From the NCBI GenBank assembly GCA_002633005.1, contig NMRA01000344.1, forward strand, positions 227,365-291,364: 64,000 nt of DNA. The letters are read 5' to 3'. The stretch comes from Phoronis australis (lineage: Eukaryota; Animalia; Phoronida). Under the pieces are notes generated by a model that was not told the origin of the DNA, did no database searches, and saw nothing but the letters and a program-made list of their open reading frames with translations. A program made the translations under genes and the position numbers. Shown piece by piece: positions 13,301 through 28,300 of the stretch; the stretch's first letter is position 1; every line of letters begins with the position of its first letter.

Positions 13301-16300
13301 AGGTGGGAGGTGGACTCCAACATTTCATCAGTAAGTATGAGGAGCTGGAAGGCTAACTGGTTCTTCAAAGAGAAGAACACTATCTCACCCTACGACAACT
13401 TGGGTCACAAGGTGTTCCACTCGGATAATGAGGACAGTGTAATGATGTTTGTACCCAAGACGGGCAACCCCAAGGTACAGATAGGGGACAGGTTAGTAAG
13501 CGCTTGACACTGTCTTGGACTTGCTTCCCGTCTTAATGGTTTGCCATTGTATGTCATTACAAGAAATGGGAAGGAGTCGTTCCTGTTTCAATGTCCGTCC
13601 TTCCTGTTTATTGTCTGTCATTTCCGTCCAAGGCTCATGCTTCCTGTTGTTTCACAAAACCTGTAGATATAATTTTATGGCTAAATGAGAGTTGGTGTCC
13701 AAAGACTACTTGTCCTATTTGAAGTATATCTGTCTCGCTCAGTTCAGATGGTCACAAACCAAACTTTCAAGTAGGTAGACACCAAGACATTTCCAGGAAT
13801 AACAGAAATATTTTGCAACCTAAGCAGTGTTGAAAATGAGAAACACTGTCTTCATCCTGTATTGAGAGGTTTTTTGAAAAATTTCATACTGGAGGTACTG
13901 TCACTCTGCCACGCAGAGAAGAAAATGTTTCCCGGTAGGCATTAAAAAGCTATGACGTTTTAAAACATCTGTCCTTGTATATTTATTAAGCACAGGTATT
14001 GAGAACAAATTTTAAAGTACTTAAAAATGTATGCCTGTATATGTAAGCAGTCTATATTATGTACACATAATGATCGATTGATTGATAAATCCTCAGCAGA
14101 GCAAAATTGTCCTCAGTAGGTTCACGTATATCATCAACTTAAAAATTGTAAGTGCCGCACTTAGTAACTAATTTGAGCTAGACATGGAACAGTCAATAAC
14201 TAAACATTGAAGCTGTCTGAGTGTCTAAATCTTTGGTGGCATGGCATCAACATTATATCTGTATCATCGTTTTAATACTTACAGGGATGCTGATGAGATG
14301 TCTGAACTGTCAGAGAACCGTTCTGATCTGAGTGACATCAGCGACTTTGATGAGAATGACCCCGAGGCCAGTGCTGAGTTGAAACAGGTCACAAGTCAAA
14401 TCATGTCTGAGTTCATGGAAGAAGTATCTGATGAAGAGTTAGACCCGGAGATATGTTTCTCACGTAGTGGCCGAGCTCCGTCCATCATTAGTGATAGTGG
14501 GTCAGAAAACCGGATGAGCCTGTCGCAGAGAACCAGCGAAAGGTCGTCACCACAGCAACAGCAACAACAGGTGCATTCTCAGCGTCAGCCGGTGGCGGTC
14601 ACATCACCACAGCCTGCACCCAGGAGGCGGAGGAGCAATGATGTGCCATCTGCTGTGGATTCACCGCAAGCACGTAGCACACCGGTGCAGGATGTGAAAG
14701 AGAAGACGGAGGTGAAGAAAACTGTAACACAAGAATTGGTTGAACACGGGACAGAATGTGCCGATATCAAATTTCATACTAAACCTAGAACACTGACAGT
14801 AGGTGAGGGTCAGTCAGCCACGTTCACTGCTGAGATCGGTTGTAAAGAGTCAATAGGTAAGTTTGCTGCACTTTTCACAAAAACAACATTCTAGTTGACA
14901 CTACTATCATTTGTCAGCTTGGTTAGTTTCTTACAAGCTTCAAGAAATGAGGTGGAAATTGGAAGGAAATGAATTGTTAGTCATTAATGAATTGATGGAA
15001 ATTTGTTCCAAAATTTCACCCAGATGTCAAATTTAGAAGCCATTTTGTCAAAAAAAAGCTATGGAAAGTACTCTGCGATTGGTACTTACAGCTCCTAGCC
15101 TCCATTTTGGGTATTGCCATAGCTATTAAGTCAAAATATCAAGAAGTGCAATTAATGGAAAACTGTGTATGCTTTGCAGTGTTTTGAGCGGAAAATTTTC
15201 TCTGTTTTCAAAATTGTGTAAGTACTGTGCTAATTTCAGAGGGTCATTTAGGAAAAGGGGTGCCTATGATCAGATATTTGGTTTTAGACTATTTTTAACC
15301 GCCATATTTTGTAGTGATCGACAAGTTTGCTGTAGTTGTGAACAGGGTACTCTTAAATAATGAGGCTTTGAAATGGCAGGTATCCTTGGTGTCGTGCTTG
15401 GAAATGATTTTGCAAGCTTCACTTTTGATACTCAGTCAATTTTTTTCAGATGTGTTTTGGTATCGAGATTTTGGCGATCGAATTGAGCAACTGGAGCACA
15501 GTGAAAAATATGAAATCTTGGAGAAGGGTAAACAGTACAGTCTAGAAATCTACGACTGTAATGTTAAAGACTTTGGACAATACATGTGCATAGCAGCCAG
15601 TGAGAACGGCTCGAGTAACTGGTTTTTTGGCCTGAAGGTCAAAGGTAAACAAAAACCCCCGAGAAAGAAGCTAGTCAAACGTCGCAGCAGGCAGCCATAA
15701 TTGGAGGTGGGATCTGGTAACGGCTTTTGAAGTTTGTGCGCTTTGACCCTAAGCCTTCATCCTGTATTTTACTTGTACATAATAATGCACTGTACATATG
15801 AGTTTTGATCTGTATCATATTCAATTTTTATTCCTCCCTTTCCCCAAACGTGTACATATTTGATACATATGAGTTTCCCTCACCTCTGTTTCATCAAATT
15901 ATTATTTTTACGCCCCAATTCCACACCGTATGTGTAAGCACATCAGAATTAAGTGTAAGTTTTGTCCCTTATGATTATCGTATGAAATATATTGTCAGCA
16001 TATTATTTTTATTCCCCTTAGTACATTAGATGATTTTTTCATGTACATTCTTAATTTTTCAAGTTAATTGCTTACACGAAAATCAAAAATTGTTTTTTAA
16101 CCCACGTATGTTTATTGCTTGATGTGAAGAATTTTATGATTAATGCCAGGATGAATTTATTGATATTCAAGTTTGGTCAAAATCTTGCTAAGATTAGAAA
16201 AGTCGCCCTGTTTTTCTGTTCTGTGCCAGCCATGTTACAGTTTGTGCGTAGTTTAGCATAACTTTCTGCATAAAGGAGTGCTACAAGTTAAGTACTGTTA

Positions 16301-19300
16301 GTAGTCATAAATAAGCTTGCGTTAGTAGTCATAAATAAGCTTGTTTGACTGGTTTAGGCAAATCCAGTAAAACAATTGCCGCACAGCCAAGCTTCATTTC
16401 AATCCCACCTCCTGCGTTGAGTGGCGTTCATTCCTGTGTTTCACCAAAATGAATTCAAACCCTGCTTGTGTTGCCTCCCACAGTTCCCCTCTTTGGTTGT
16501 GCTAGTGCCTGATTGGCTGTTTGCCCCGACCTTTGACTCGCATCTTGTCACATTTTTATGACCAACCTGTGCACATGTTTGCTGTATTGACTTCATTTTG
16601 GGATCATTAAATAGTTCAGGTGAGTATTTATAGTACACTTCAATCTATTGAAATTAGAAAATAATTAGTGTGTCCTACACCAAAAGCGATGAAAATTTGT
16701 TAAGCAAATCTTCAAAGTGTCTTATTATTAACTCACTGTTTACAAAACAAAGGACGCATGCAATTAAAAATAGAATGTTGTTAAGTACCAATGATGTCAC
16801 AGTGATCTTGACGAGTGCTGTGGAAATCTTTGTAAATCAATGGACTCAGCCTCCAGTGCTACTTCGCCTGTGTCACCTCTAACTCAGTTATGGTCCGTGT
16901 TATCACATACTTACAGTGCAAGCCAAAAATAACCGTACAAAATACCGTACAAAATAACTGTACAAAATTTTGTTTCCCTATCACGACGACTCTTCTTAAA
17001 TTGTTCTCTCTCTCCTCTGAGAATGACTTGTACTTGTGCTCAGATGTCATGATGGAGAGTTCTGCTCACAGTCATCACAATGGGGCAATTCACGTGTCAT
17101 TTTGTCTCATTATATTTGGCATTTACTACACCTAATGCCCGCAATGTCAATTAAATAAATCAGTTGAGGTTTCAACCAAGCGGGTAATTATGGCTTAACA
17201 AGTGAGTTCATTTTCACTACCTGTGCCAGTGATACTCTAACAGGGCTTGAAATTTTCTTCTTTTAAGAGGATTTCCTCTTTTTTGGTTTCGATTTCCTCT
17301 TATTTGGTTTCCAGTTTCCTCTTTTTGCGTGCCTTTTCATCATTATTTTGACTTTATTCATGCAAATTTATTTCAGCTAAATTTTACAACATAAATAGTA
17401 TTTCTACCGCATGAGCCTATTTATTTGGGTAACATACATCACCTGGAAAATTTTCTTCAGAATCTTTTTGTCATTGGTCATTCCAAACCCTGTTTAAAAA
17501 CCAACTGGCACCAGGCGAAGGAATTTGATGAGTAGTTGTTCTAGATACCTGGTTACAGTCCTTCCTAACTTGTAGTGGCTTAACTTGTAACCTCTGACCC
17601 CTTCCTTATCCAGATCAACCCATAGACATGTCACCTCCTGAGTTCATCAAAGGCTTAAGTGACCTTGAAAGGTTAGAAGGCCAGAGTGCAAAGTTGAGAG
17701 TGAAGGTCAAAGGTGTCCCTCACCCCAGAGTGCTGTGGTATAAAGATGGTAGTCTGCTAGAACACTCCATAGAATATAATATAGGTAGGTAGATGTCTAT
17801 TGTCACTGGTTTCTCTCCCTCTTCAGACTTCTTTTGCATTCTTGCCATTCTCAACTAATCTTTAAAATGTCAACAGCTCTAAAATCATTAAATTGGTCGT
17901 CAATTAGTTAAAAGTTGTCTAGTATCATCATGGATGTTTAAGTTTCTTAAAAATAGTTGTGTTGATGGAGAATATTGCAGATTCACAGAATGCTATTTGT
18001 GAAATGATACCAGCGCTAATTTGTTCTGTTGTTCTATTGTTATTTTATCATGTAATTTTATCATGTCGTGAACACATCCACTAAAACAAGAAGCTGTAGG
18101 AACACCGCATTTATCCACCTTCACTCTTATCAGGCTTCTATTGTGAGTCAGCATGCGTGAATAATTGGCTGATAAGCCACCTCTGGAACTACTTTTGGCT
18201 GAAAGGATGACCAGGCCATAAAATGATAATATTAGCCAAGNTATTTCAGTATATATGGAGTCTTCTACACAAACAAGGTGATTAGAGGAATCACTCTCTA
18301 GCCTGACCTGGGTAACGTCACCAAATTTCATGTTTTTCAAAAAATCTTAACAGAACGTGTTGGCAACAGAGACTACGCTCTAACGTTGGACTACTTGACC
18401 CTGGACCATGATGCCGAGTACTCAGTTGTAGCCAATAACAGAGCGGGACGAGCTAAATCTACGGCACAGCTGTTAGTTGAGCCTAAGCCTGACGAAGGTT
18501 GGTAGTGCCCATTTTGAAGCCTCATATTGGCTTTGTTATGTTTGGAAACTTTAAAAGATTCAATGCTGTGAATGTTTTTTGCCATAGAGTTTTTAAACTG
18601 TGATTCTCAAATACTTGTTTTATAGTTGTAGTCATTGTGTTGTATTAGCATTTTCTCACATGAACTGAGCATGTTTTATTTCAAAAGTTCATAAAATGAG
18701 CATATTTTGTACCTGTCAAACTGAACACATTTTATATATGCGTACATGAACGAACATGGTTTTCATCTGAGTTCATGAACTGAGCATACCCGCGTTCATG
18801 AACTGTGTCACCTTCTAATGCTGTGTGTATCAAGTCATTTTTGCTATCTGTGCTCCCTCTTATTCACTGATGTCATTGATTTTCCTAAATAACACATTCT
18901 CTTGAATTTTGCAGAGGAAGAAAAACGCTACTCGCCACGGGTAAGCTACTCTCCAAGAACCCAGGCACCACCTGCGAACAAGCCTAAGAATCTCAGTGGC
19001 TCACAGGTAAGCAAATGATTGTGTTTGGTAAAAGTTAGAATTAGTTGTCAATAATCCTTTACAATGATTTCATTTAATTAACAAATAACCTCTGTCGATT
19101 CAAAACTTCAGTCAAACTAAACTTGTCTTGGTCTTTTAAATGTTCTGTATTTGATTAAAATAATTTTTTGAGGTCAATGTTTCAGGTACCTCGTGTTCAA
19201 GTGCCAGATCGTCAGGAGTCAATAGATGGCATCACAAGTGGTCAGATGTCTCCAGACTCGGCCATCTGCAGCTCTGTAGATACCGACATTGATCGCCACA

Positions 19301-22300
19301 GAGATGACATTATAAAACAGTTTTCTGATGTGGTACTTATTGTCCTTTTTTGTTAATTATAAATAACTTTTAGTCATCTTGCAATCGGTAATCTTCAGTT
19401 GTAAACTGATCGAAAACCCCAGTCAAAAGTAATCTGGAAATATGCACAAATAGTGTTGTGTTGATTTCTCAGAAGTTACAGATGTCCCCTGGGATTTCAC
19501 TAAGTCCTGCATCCTACTTAGACAATAGTCTACTAAAAAGTGCAGCTGGTTTGATACACAATGCATCAGATGTATGCAGGCTTCTCAGCCAGGCTCATTG
19601 CACTAAACTCCTGGAAGCATTTTTTTCGTTTAATAATAGATGCATGGAACACATATAGACGTACACACAAATTAAGATTGACTTGTGGAACTAGAGACTT
19701 GACTCGAGGATCTAGTGCTGGGATCCAGTGAATCTACTAATTGAGAACTGGAGGCTGAAATTCAACCCACAAGTGTATTAGAAGTTTTTGAACATTATTA
19801 CATAAAGTTGAAATTGTCGTTACCAATTTTTCGTTACTTAATACATTTCAGAAGACTTCAGCATCACCTGTGAGAGAATCAGCGCCATCTACGGCAGACA
19901 TACCCATGCAGTCAAGCAACACTGTTTCACAAGAAGAACCTGTCATTCCTGCTCCTGTTTATAGAAGTCTTCGCGAGGCGTACAGGCGACCGCCGTCCCA
20001 AAACATGGATTTTTCACTCTCTGTAGAGGTGGGTAATTTACATCACAAAGTCACATGAAGTGAACTACAGTTTGGGTGATGATGGTTACATAAGCATTCA
20101 AAATAGGATTGAGTTGACAAAAACAATTACAACGTGTAAACACGTCAGAACATTTTCACAGTTATATCAATTTGGATCGAAATTGAAAGCTGCGATAAGT
20201 ATACGGTGGAATGCAATCTTCGTAGTTTGAATAGAGGTTACACCTAAGTGTGTTGAGACACTTGGAAGTTCTTATTTAGAAATTCATTATTGTGTTGTCC
20301 AAGGCCAAATTCTAAAATTCCCGTCACTGCAAGTTCTGTATGTCTTAACTGTGGGTTAATGATTCCAGGAGCCAGACTCTCCAACAAAACCGATGCTGAA
20401 GAAGCAAACAGTGACAAAAACACCAACAAAACCTCAAGACACAGAGAGGTCCTTCACCATACCTTCACCAGTGAAGCCGAAGTTGCAGGAATTGCCAAAA
20501 GAGCTTCCTCCAAAAATTCCCTACGATGAATTTCAAAAACAATACGCATCCGGCATTGTTGGTGATGAGACTATAAGTCGTGGTACACAGAGACCCAAGC
20601 AGCGGTCGTCTATTGAGATTTTAGATGATGCTTCGCATGACATGCCTGACAAAGATCTTCTCCAGCCGTATGTTGACTGCGGGTTGAAGAGAATTGATTC
20701 AAAGCGCTACAAGAGAGACTATGTTGTAAACCGATCACCACAGGTTCAGCGAAAAAAGTGGGCTTCATCGTCGTCTTCCACAGATGTTGTCAGACCGTCA
20801 ACATCATCGGATGAGGTACATGATTAGAAATAGTCACCACATTGTTCAACAAGTAGTTAATATGTATATGTCCACTAAGAGGTCATGAAGCTGCCTGTGC
20901 ATAATGCTTGCTTTCCTCTTGGTGAAATGTTGAAGGAATACTTAATAAGGAGGGACATTCACAAAGCTGGACTGGCTGATCACACCTGACCAATGGTATC
21001 TTCTTTCTGACGAGAGTAAATTTGACTTTCGTGCAGATCTTCTAAATTCTGTCCGTTTTAACTAAAAAGTTTATGTTAAAAGCAGGCTCCTTATGCCAGT
21101 GATGCCTGCGGTAATTCTTCACTTATTTTGCATAATCTAAGATACTTGCCAAAGCATTGCACGTCTTCTATTTTTTGAAGGCTGATTACCTTAATTGCTG
21201 CAAATAATGAGACAACTTTCCAATTGTTGTTTCTATTACATCTACACAGCCTCAAAAGACTCCTTAATGTTTGTTGAGAAATATCACGAAATAAAAATCA
21301 CTTGTCAGCTGTATTGTGTGCTTAGAAGGTGAAGAAATAAGTGTGTTGAGGTACTCCTATTGTGACCAGATGTGACCAGTCGATGTAGCACTATGTTCCA
21401 TTAAGTAACATACTGAACTTGCATGACTGCGTTCTTAACCTGTAATGCCATGCTCACCTGCTGCTATGTCTCGCAGAATTTAACGGATCCAGACTTAACT
21501 CTGGGGGAAACGATTCAGAGATTTATGTCGTTGGAATCCCTGACTATCAAACCATCCGTCGATTATCGTTTTGGCAAGGTATCAAAAAATCCTCAACGCC
21601 CCTTAGTCTTAGAGCTCCACTGAAGTCTCATAGATACACAATAGACTATAAATTGTTAGTTTTTCGCACTAAAATCTTCTTTCTGTTAAATCGTCAAACA
21701 TGTGTTGTTGATCTTTGGCTCTTATCCAACTTTCTTGAACGTCTTTAAACTCCATAATGCATTTTTTAACTGTGCAGTTAATTTCGAGAGCACGTTTCTC
21801 TGTCCCTCCACTAATCTATGAATGTCTTACTGTACTGCTGGTGCACACATCTTCAATCAACACCTGTTGATTTCTCTTACAGGTGAGGAGCGGAGCACGA
21901 CACCTTTTCCGCTACTGACCTTTCACCCCTTGTCTCTGACTTGAAGATGCTGTCTGGCACCAACTATGCTAACTTGCTAACGACTCAATCTTCCTCAATA
22001 TAGTGCACTCCATTTCAAATCTGCAAAGGCTCGTACCAGAATGTTTAGCTTATTTTTTTAATGTTCACGATCAAAAATACTGATGTACAATGAGCTTCAA
22101 AGCATTTTATCCTGGCATAAAAAATCACTAAGCCAAGAAGCATGAGCTTGGTTCTGTTGACTTGATCGGAGATGTTGATTACTGCACGGCTGCTAAAGTT
22201 GTCGTCAGATATCTCTTTACAATGGAAGCACAGTCATCTGAATTGATATTAGATCCTCTACTTGATATTGAAAGTAATGGTTAATGATGAAAAACAACTT

Positions 22301-25300
22301 AATATTTTAACCTACTTTAGAAATACTGTTGGACAAGCTTTCAACTCACAAAATTATAATTAAGAAATGAAATACGTTTAACCATTTACTTCTGGTTAGT
22401 CAAGAGCCCATTTTTTATTCACTTGTCATTCGACTTGAGTTCCCCCTGGTTTGAAAAGTTTATTTTACTGTCTTATCTGTTCATATTTCTGATCATCAGG
22501 CCAATTACACACCAGAATTACATCAACTGGCAGTATACTTCCACGAGGGGGCGCCTCATGCAGTTTGTCATTTTTGTACTACGCTTTATCTAATTATTGT
22601 AGTGATGGTCTGGTTACCAATATTTATTGAACATCTTATCTTAGTCTGCTTATGAAAACATGGACTAGGCCCAGTCTTGTAGGAATTGTGCTGGTGCACT
22701 ATATATTACCATCCTGTTATCAGACTCCACTGTAACAGTCGTGATGTAGATAACAAGGCAGGTCTTCTCTATTTAGGTTTAGATACATCAGCTTAATCTT
22801 ACCATACATGCTGTATATAGTATGCCCTCGCATATTTAGCATATATTATAGGATTACAGATTTGGTTACTGTACAGCTTGTGCCATATTACATTTCATTC
22901 GTAAACACAATTCATTGTTAATAACATAATACTCTGTATATATTTCCATTAAATATGTCTGATGCTACTGTATTATTATTTTTGACTAACATTGTACAAG
23001 GGTGATATTAATAGAAAAGCAATGGTCAAATATCTGTTCTGCAACAATGAACTATGTTGGTTCAGTTCAGCCGTGCTGCAATCATTGAGGTGACAGAATA
23101 CAGCCATGGTTTACCTTTTGTCGGGGATATATTGTACAACTGTTACAGGGGCTTGACTTTCTTAACTTTACATAATTGCTCTGGGGTTTAATTGGAGTTT
23201 GCTGGTTATAACTCCTGGGTCTAGATTCAGCTATGCAGATTTGAAACATTGATTGACCTAATAATTGCTGTATGAGTGTTCTCTTCCACTCATCCCCAAG
23301 CCCTCAGTGTGTTGGCTTTAGAACTGAATCACTGGTTTTCATTGAGTGAATAGAGAATGATATAGTCACTACTTAACTAACTAAAGGTCTGTTTCACTAA
23401 AATGTACTAACTTTACAAAGCTTTTTTGGGGGGAGTTAGCATGGCTTAGTGAGGCAAGTGTCCTCTTCCTGAAAGTCATGGGTTTGTGTGCCACTGGGGA
23501 ACACTTCTAGATCCTGGAGCCAGCTTTCTAGCTCCACACCTTGGTTTTAACAAATATATTAATGAAGCATAAAAATGGTTCCCGGTGCAATGAGCCTACC
23601 TAAGCGGCCTGTGCTCATCTGGTACAATGTGTACCAGTCCACCAGCAATTATTTTTAATGCTTTTTAAACGCAGTTTAAACAGTGATACCCCAACTCAAG
23701 AGTGTTTGGAAGTCTTTCTTTAGACTCTGTACAACAAACATGGTAGGACATTTTAGTGAAACAAGCCCCAAGAGTTCTGGCTGAAGTGCCTGTGAGTGTA
23801 CCTCTAAATTGGGTCATATGTCTAGTACATGATGCATCTTGCACCGGGATCCTTTTTGCCAAAGACTTTAATTGAAAAAAGTTGAGGCTTACCCAGTTTT
23901 GCGAGTGTTGTGAAACTTAAGGTAATTTGAAGAAAATTAAGTTGCAGTAAATTTTGTGGACAAGTTTGCTCTATTTTTTCAACAAGATATTCACGTGCCT
24001 ATTTTGGTAAACTAATCTGTATTTAAGTCCGTTATTGCCAAAAAAACCTATGGACACCTCCAGAAAAGCTATGGTGGAGTCAGTGTTTGACTCAATTGTT
24101 CAGTTGTATCAGTAAAACACATCCAATGTTACATGAAAAAGTCCTCAGCTTGGTTCAGCCATGTATTCTCATCTGAAGTTGAGTTGACTACCCTAGGCTA
24201 TACACCAGTATGTGGTGACAACAGGCTGCAGTCATTTACTTTGTAGTTTTAACGTTAGTCAATAATGTGTGTGTCAGTCCTCCGCATATATTTCAGTGGA
24301 TGTTTGAGAATTTTGTAAACTAAAACTGATCTTCATGACATGCAAGATGAATTACGATGCATTTAAAGACTGGAGCTGCAACTTTAGTAAAATACTAATG
24401 TTTAATTCAGCTCTTGCTGTGGCAGGTTGCTCCTTACTGGGAATTAAGAGTCATCTCTGAGCTAAAGGAGAGCCCGCAGTTTCTAATTGAAGCCGTCTTT
24501 AGTATATAAAGTCTCACCAATTTCGGACAGCAGTGATTTCCAAAAATTCCTTGCTCGGTGTTCTAAGGGCTTCTAACATTATTGTGAATACCCACAATTT
24601 TTCAAATCTTTCACTGTTGGTCGCTTTGGTACTAAACTTAAACATGGGAAAGCATTTAATGTGGTGCTGCATTTCTTTTATTGAAAAAAATATGAAATAA
24701 AATTACTCTAGTCGGTCACATTGTGTCTTAAATTGATGGCATTTTCAGTCATCAGCTCTAGCCAACTCGTCGACCCTGAAATCAATTCTTTACAAAGGCC
24801 AGCTATCTGTTCTAATCTCAGGAGGGAGAACACTTTTGTAACAGAAAGTGGCCTAAATCAATTGAATTTTTCTACAGTTTTCAGAAGAACAGTATTAGTT
24901 TCCAAATGTACATTGACATGCTTGAGAAGTTGTTGTGTCAACATAAATTTATAGTTGTAACCATTTTAACAAGAACTAATCATAATGTATTTAGTGTAAT
25001 GTTCATTGTGCTATTTGTAAGTTATTGCCGGTAATTTACACATTTCAACATATAACAATGACTAATGCCTTCTGTCTGGTCACTAACACATGGTTGCGGG
25101 TATTGGTGAAGGGAAATTGTGCAATATATTTATTTTTATGAAGAAATAAATTTTTGATGCTTCAAAAGATGTTGTTTTCAATTTTCTGCATATGTATGGG
25201 ATTAGTAGTCTGTGGAGGATTGTGGTGGAAGAAAGTATAAAGTTACATTTTATGACCGCACCATGTAATACTAACATGTCAGCAGTGTCTAAGCATCGGT

Positions 25301-28300
25301 TGTTTTCAGTGCACGAAGTCGACAAAGTATTTCTTGTGCTGTAGCTTCGCAACGAAGTGCTATCGATATCATGATTGATTATTCTCACTTTGTTATCATT
25401 TTCCAGTACTTGAGGATGGAATTATCATTTTTCTTTCACTCTGCATAAAATATGTCCTGAATTTTTAGTTATTTGGGATTGGTTGTTGCTAAGTACAATA
25501 GAACGGCTGAATACAAAATAACTCGCAAAATTTCATTATGTTGGGAAGTTTCCATGAATTTTCCACGATTTTTATTTGTTTGTTTTGCTTTCCTTGTGTT
25601 TCCCGTGATTAGAAACAGTGAATAATGACTCATCAGATTTGTAAACTCTTTCTGTTCTTCAGGAAAATTTACGAGACAGAGTACAGAGCTACGAGTCTCT
25701 TCTTCAACATTCCGATGAACCAAACACTGAACCACTATCATCATGCAATCCTCAAATGTCAGATGTGTCACAATCCATGCACGCTTCCGGAAATGAGAAG
25801 CCACACAGTACTCATGACATCAGTGTCCGAACAACAGAATCTGATTTAATAACTTCAACTGGAAATTGCAGTGAATTGACTTCTCAGGCGCCTTTGATTG
25901 CAAAGAACAAAATCCACCATGCACCATATTCTAATTCGATCAATGACTTGGAGGAGACAAAATTCACACCCCAGCCCCTGGAAGAAGAACAGTTCTTGGT
26001 GGGAAGTTCAACGGAATTTGATATTGCCGAGAGTCGGAGTGAATATGGAGACAGTATAGATTTGCCATCGGTGAAGAATCTGAGATCAAGATTTGCCGAC
26101 ACAAGGCCACAGGAACAACCTGTGAAGAGGGTGAAGTTTGCTGAAGATAGTTTCTAGTTGTAGAAATTGTGTATTTCTTGCTTGTTAGTTAGCCACATAG
26201 TTTTAGAATAGCAATTACCGTACATTTTCTATATGTTACATTGTAGAATCAGAAGGTTCTAATAGTTATATCCTCACTTATTCTTCTGTTTTAATAATTG
26301 ATGATAATATTGCCCATATTTTGAGTTTTAAACATCAAGAATGTTTTATTTTTACCACAGAATTTCCATTTGATTTTAAAAATGTACAGAGGGCAAAATT
26401 GGTAAAAAGTGTTCTTAACATTTTACAGATTATTAAGAGTGTCAAATTTAATTCAAAACATGGGCTCAATAAAACCTCACTCTTAGCTTGGATAACCTTC
26501 TGTACACCGCTAATTTCAGGTGTTATTCCAATACTCTGCTTCGTAATTCATCTGAATTGTAAACTGTCGTGATCTAACAAAATTAACACAACAAACAGAA
26601 TTAGAAAGTCAGTATCACTGATCATAGACCGGAATCAGATGCAGATAACACTAATTTACTAAAGTTTTCAAAAAAGCCCATAAAACTCCTCTGTCGAAAA
26701 TTTGAGAAACAGTATTCTTGAAAATTCAATGGTGTGTTTTCTTAGGTCACTGTGTTGTAGACCTAGTTTCATAATGCATGACATACTTGTGATCTGGTGG
26801 CTTTGATTGACTGAACATGCTTATCTCTTGCTTGATCTCTCTGTCTTAGTCGCGCTGGTCTTTGCCAGTTTCCTGCCAGTAGTTATTAGAACAGAGGCTT
26901 CCTCAAACTGGTTTATAAGGTATTGTATGCATTACTATACTCCAACCCCTCAATTTCTTTTAGTTTGATTTCACTTAGGTTATTGGTTAATTTAGAAAGC
27001 TTTTATTTGTCTCATAGAGCAATGACAATATGACAAAAATCATTGCATTAATGTTTGTATCCAAACAAAGTCGTTGAGATGTGAGATGAAGCACGTTTTG
27101 AGACAGTTACTATAACCTGAGTGGTCTTCAACTGATATTCACTTGCATGTGTGTGTACGGTGTACTTACATTTACAAGCCATATGGATACTCATGAACTT
27201 ATCACAGGACGAGATTCATCAACATTGCTCCAATTTGTTTCAATATTTGCATTGCACATGTCCAGCCATTAGTGCATTTTGAGGTGTTTTATAGTGTAGT
27301 GAAAGTTTCATACATCAGGACCAGCGATTACCAAATTTTTCCAATTCCTTTCTGGAACATTAAAAAAACCCTAATATCTATTTATTGATTGAAGACCACC
27401 AAAATGTACTCAACCAAAAGTGGTCTAGAACGTGACTGCCAAAAATTCCACAAACATTTGGGAAATTTACTCCAAAAATTACAAGACTGTTAGATAGAGT
27501 ACTTGAAAAAGAATTCAATCTAAAATACTATTTATTTTAATTCCTTAAGTTCACTATTTGTGTTCTTATACACTGTACATTGTGAGTATATTTAATGGAA
27601 ATGGAGTATGAATAAATAAAATTTGTTTTACATATTATGTAACCCACACATTTATTTGTAAATCAAGAGACGACAATTTTTTTCGACCCTCCTTTGTTGG
27701 ACTGTAAGGTGCGATGGGTTGCAGAATAAATGCACAAAAAATTCTCGTTTTATCGAACCAGAGATTCCATAGCAACTCATGAATAGTTAGGTCCGAGTAT
27801 GTCTTGGAGGACTTAAGAAAAGCATGTTAGTTGGTATTACTTGAGTACATACCAGTTTCTAGTGAGAGTCTGCTCTAATCTAACGGTCCCCGAGTACTGA
27901 GTTTGCCCATAAGGTGGACTCCACCAAGCAATACCAATTCCAGTTGACTCGCATTCAGAGTAGCACCAAAACACTGCCCAGTCACCACTGAGTGTCCCCT
28001 TCTAATCCTTTGAGTAGCACCAAAACACTGCCCTGTCATCTCTGAGTGCCCCCTTCTAATCCTTTGACTAGTACTAAAACACTGCCCAGTCATCACTGAG
28101 TGACCTCTACTTAACTTACCCGTAAGTACTAACTTTTATTAGATGTATGTAACAAAGAAAATAATTTAAGCAGCTTAGACTGTGTTCATTCTTAAATTAC
28201 AATGGGATAATGTCTCCTGATGCATTGCAACTTAAAGCATATAGTGGTCAAGTTCTTCACATTTTAGAAGATGTGAGGTTTACGAACAATTTCGTTTCGT

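Noticed and set aside
16296-16343. 23-bp direct duplication gttagtagtcataaataagcttg
   Set aside because: Simple local slippage duplication; no further structure.
18241-18241. N base (also 49195 and 54361-54364)
   Set aside because: Assembly ambiguity or gap, not biology; repeat lengths next to the Ns may be underestimated.
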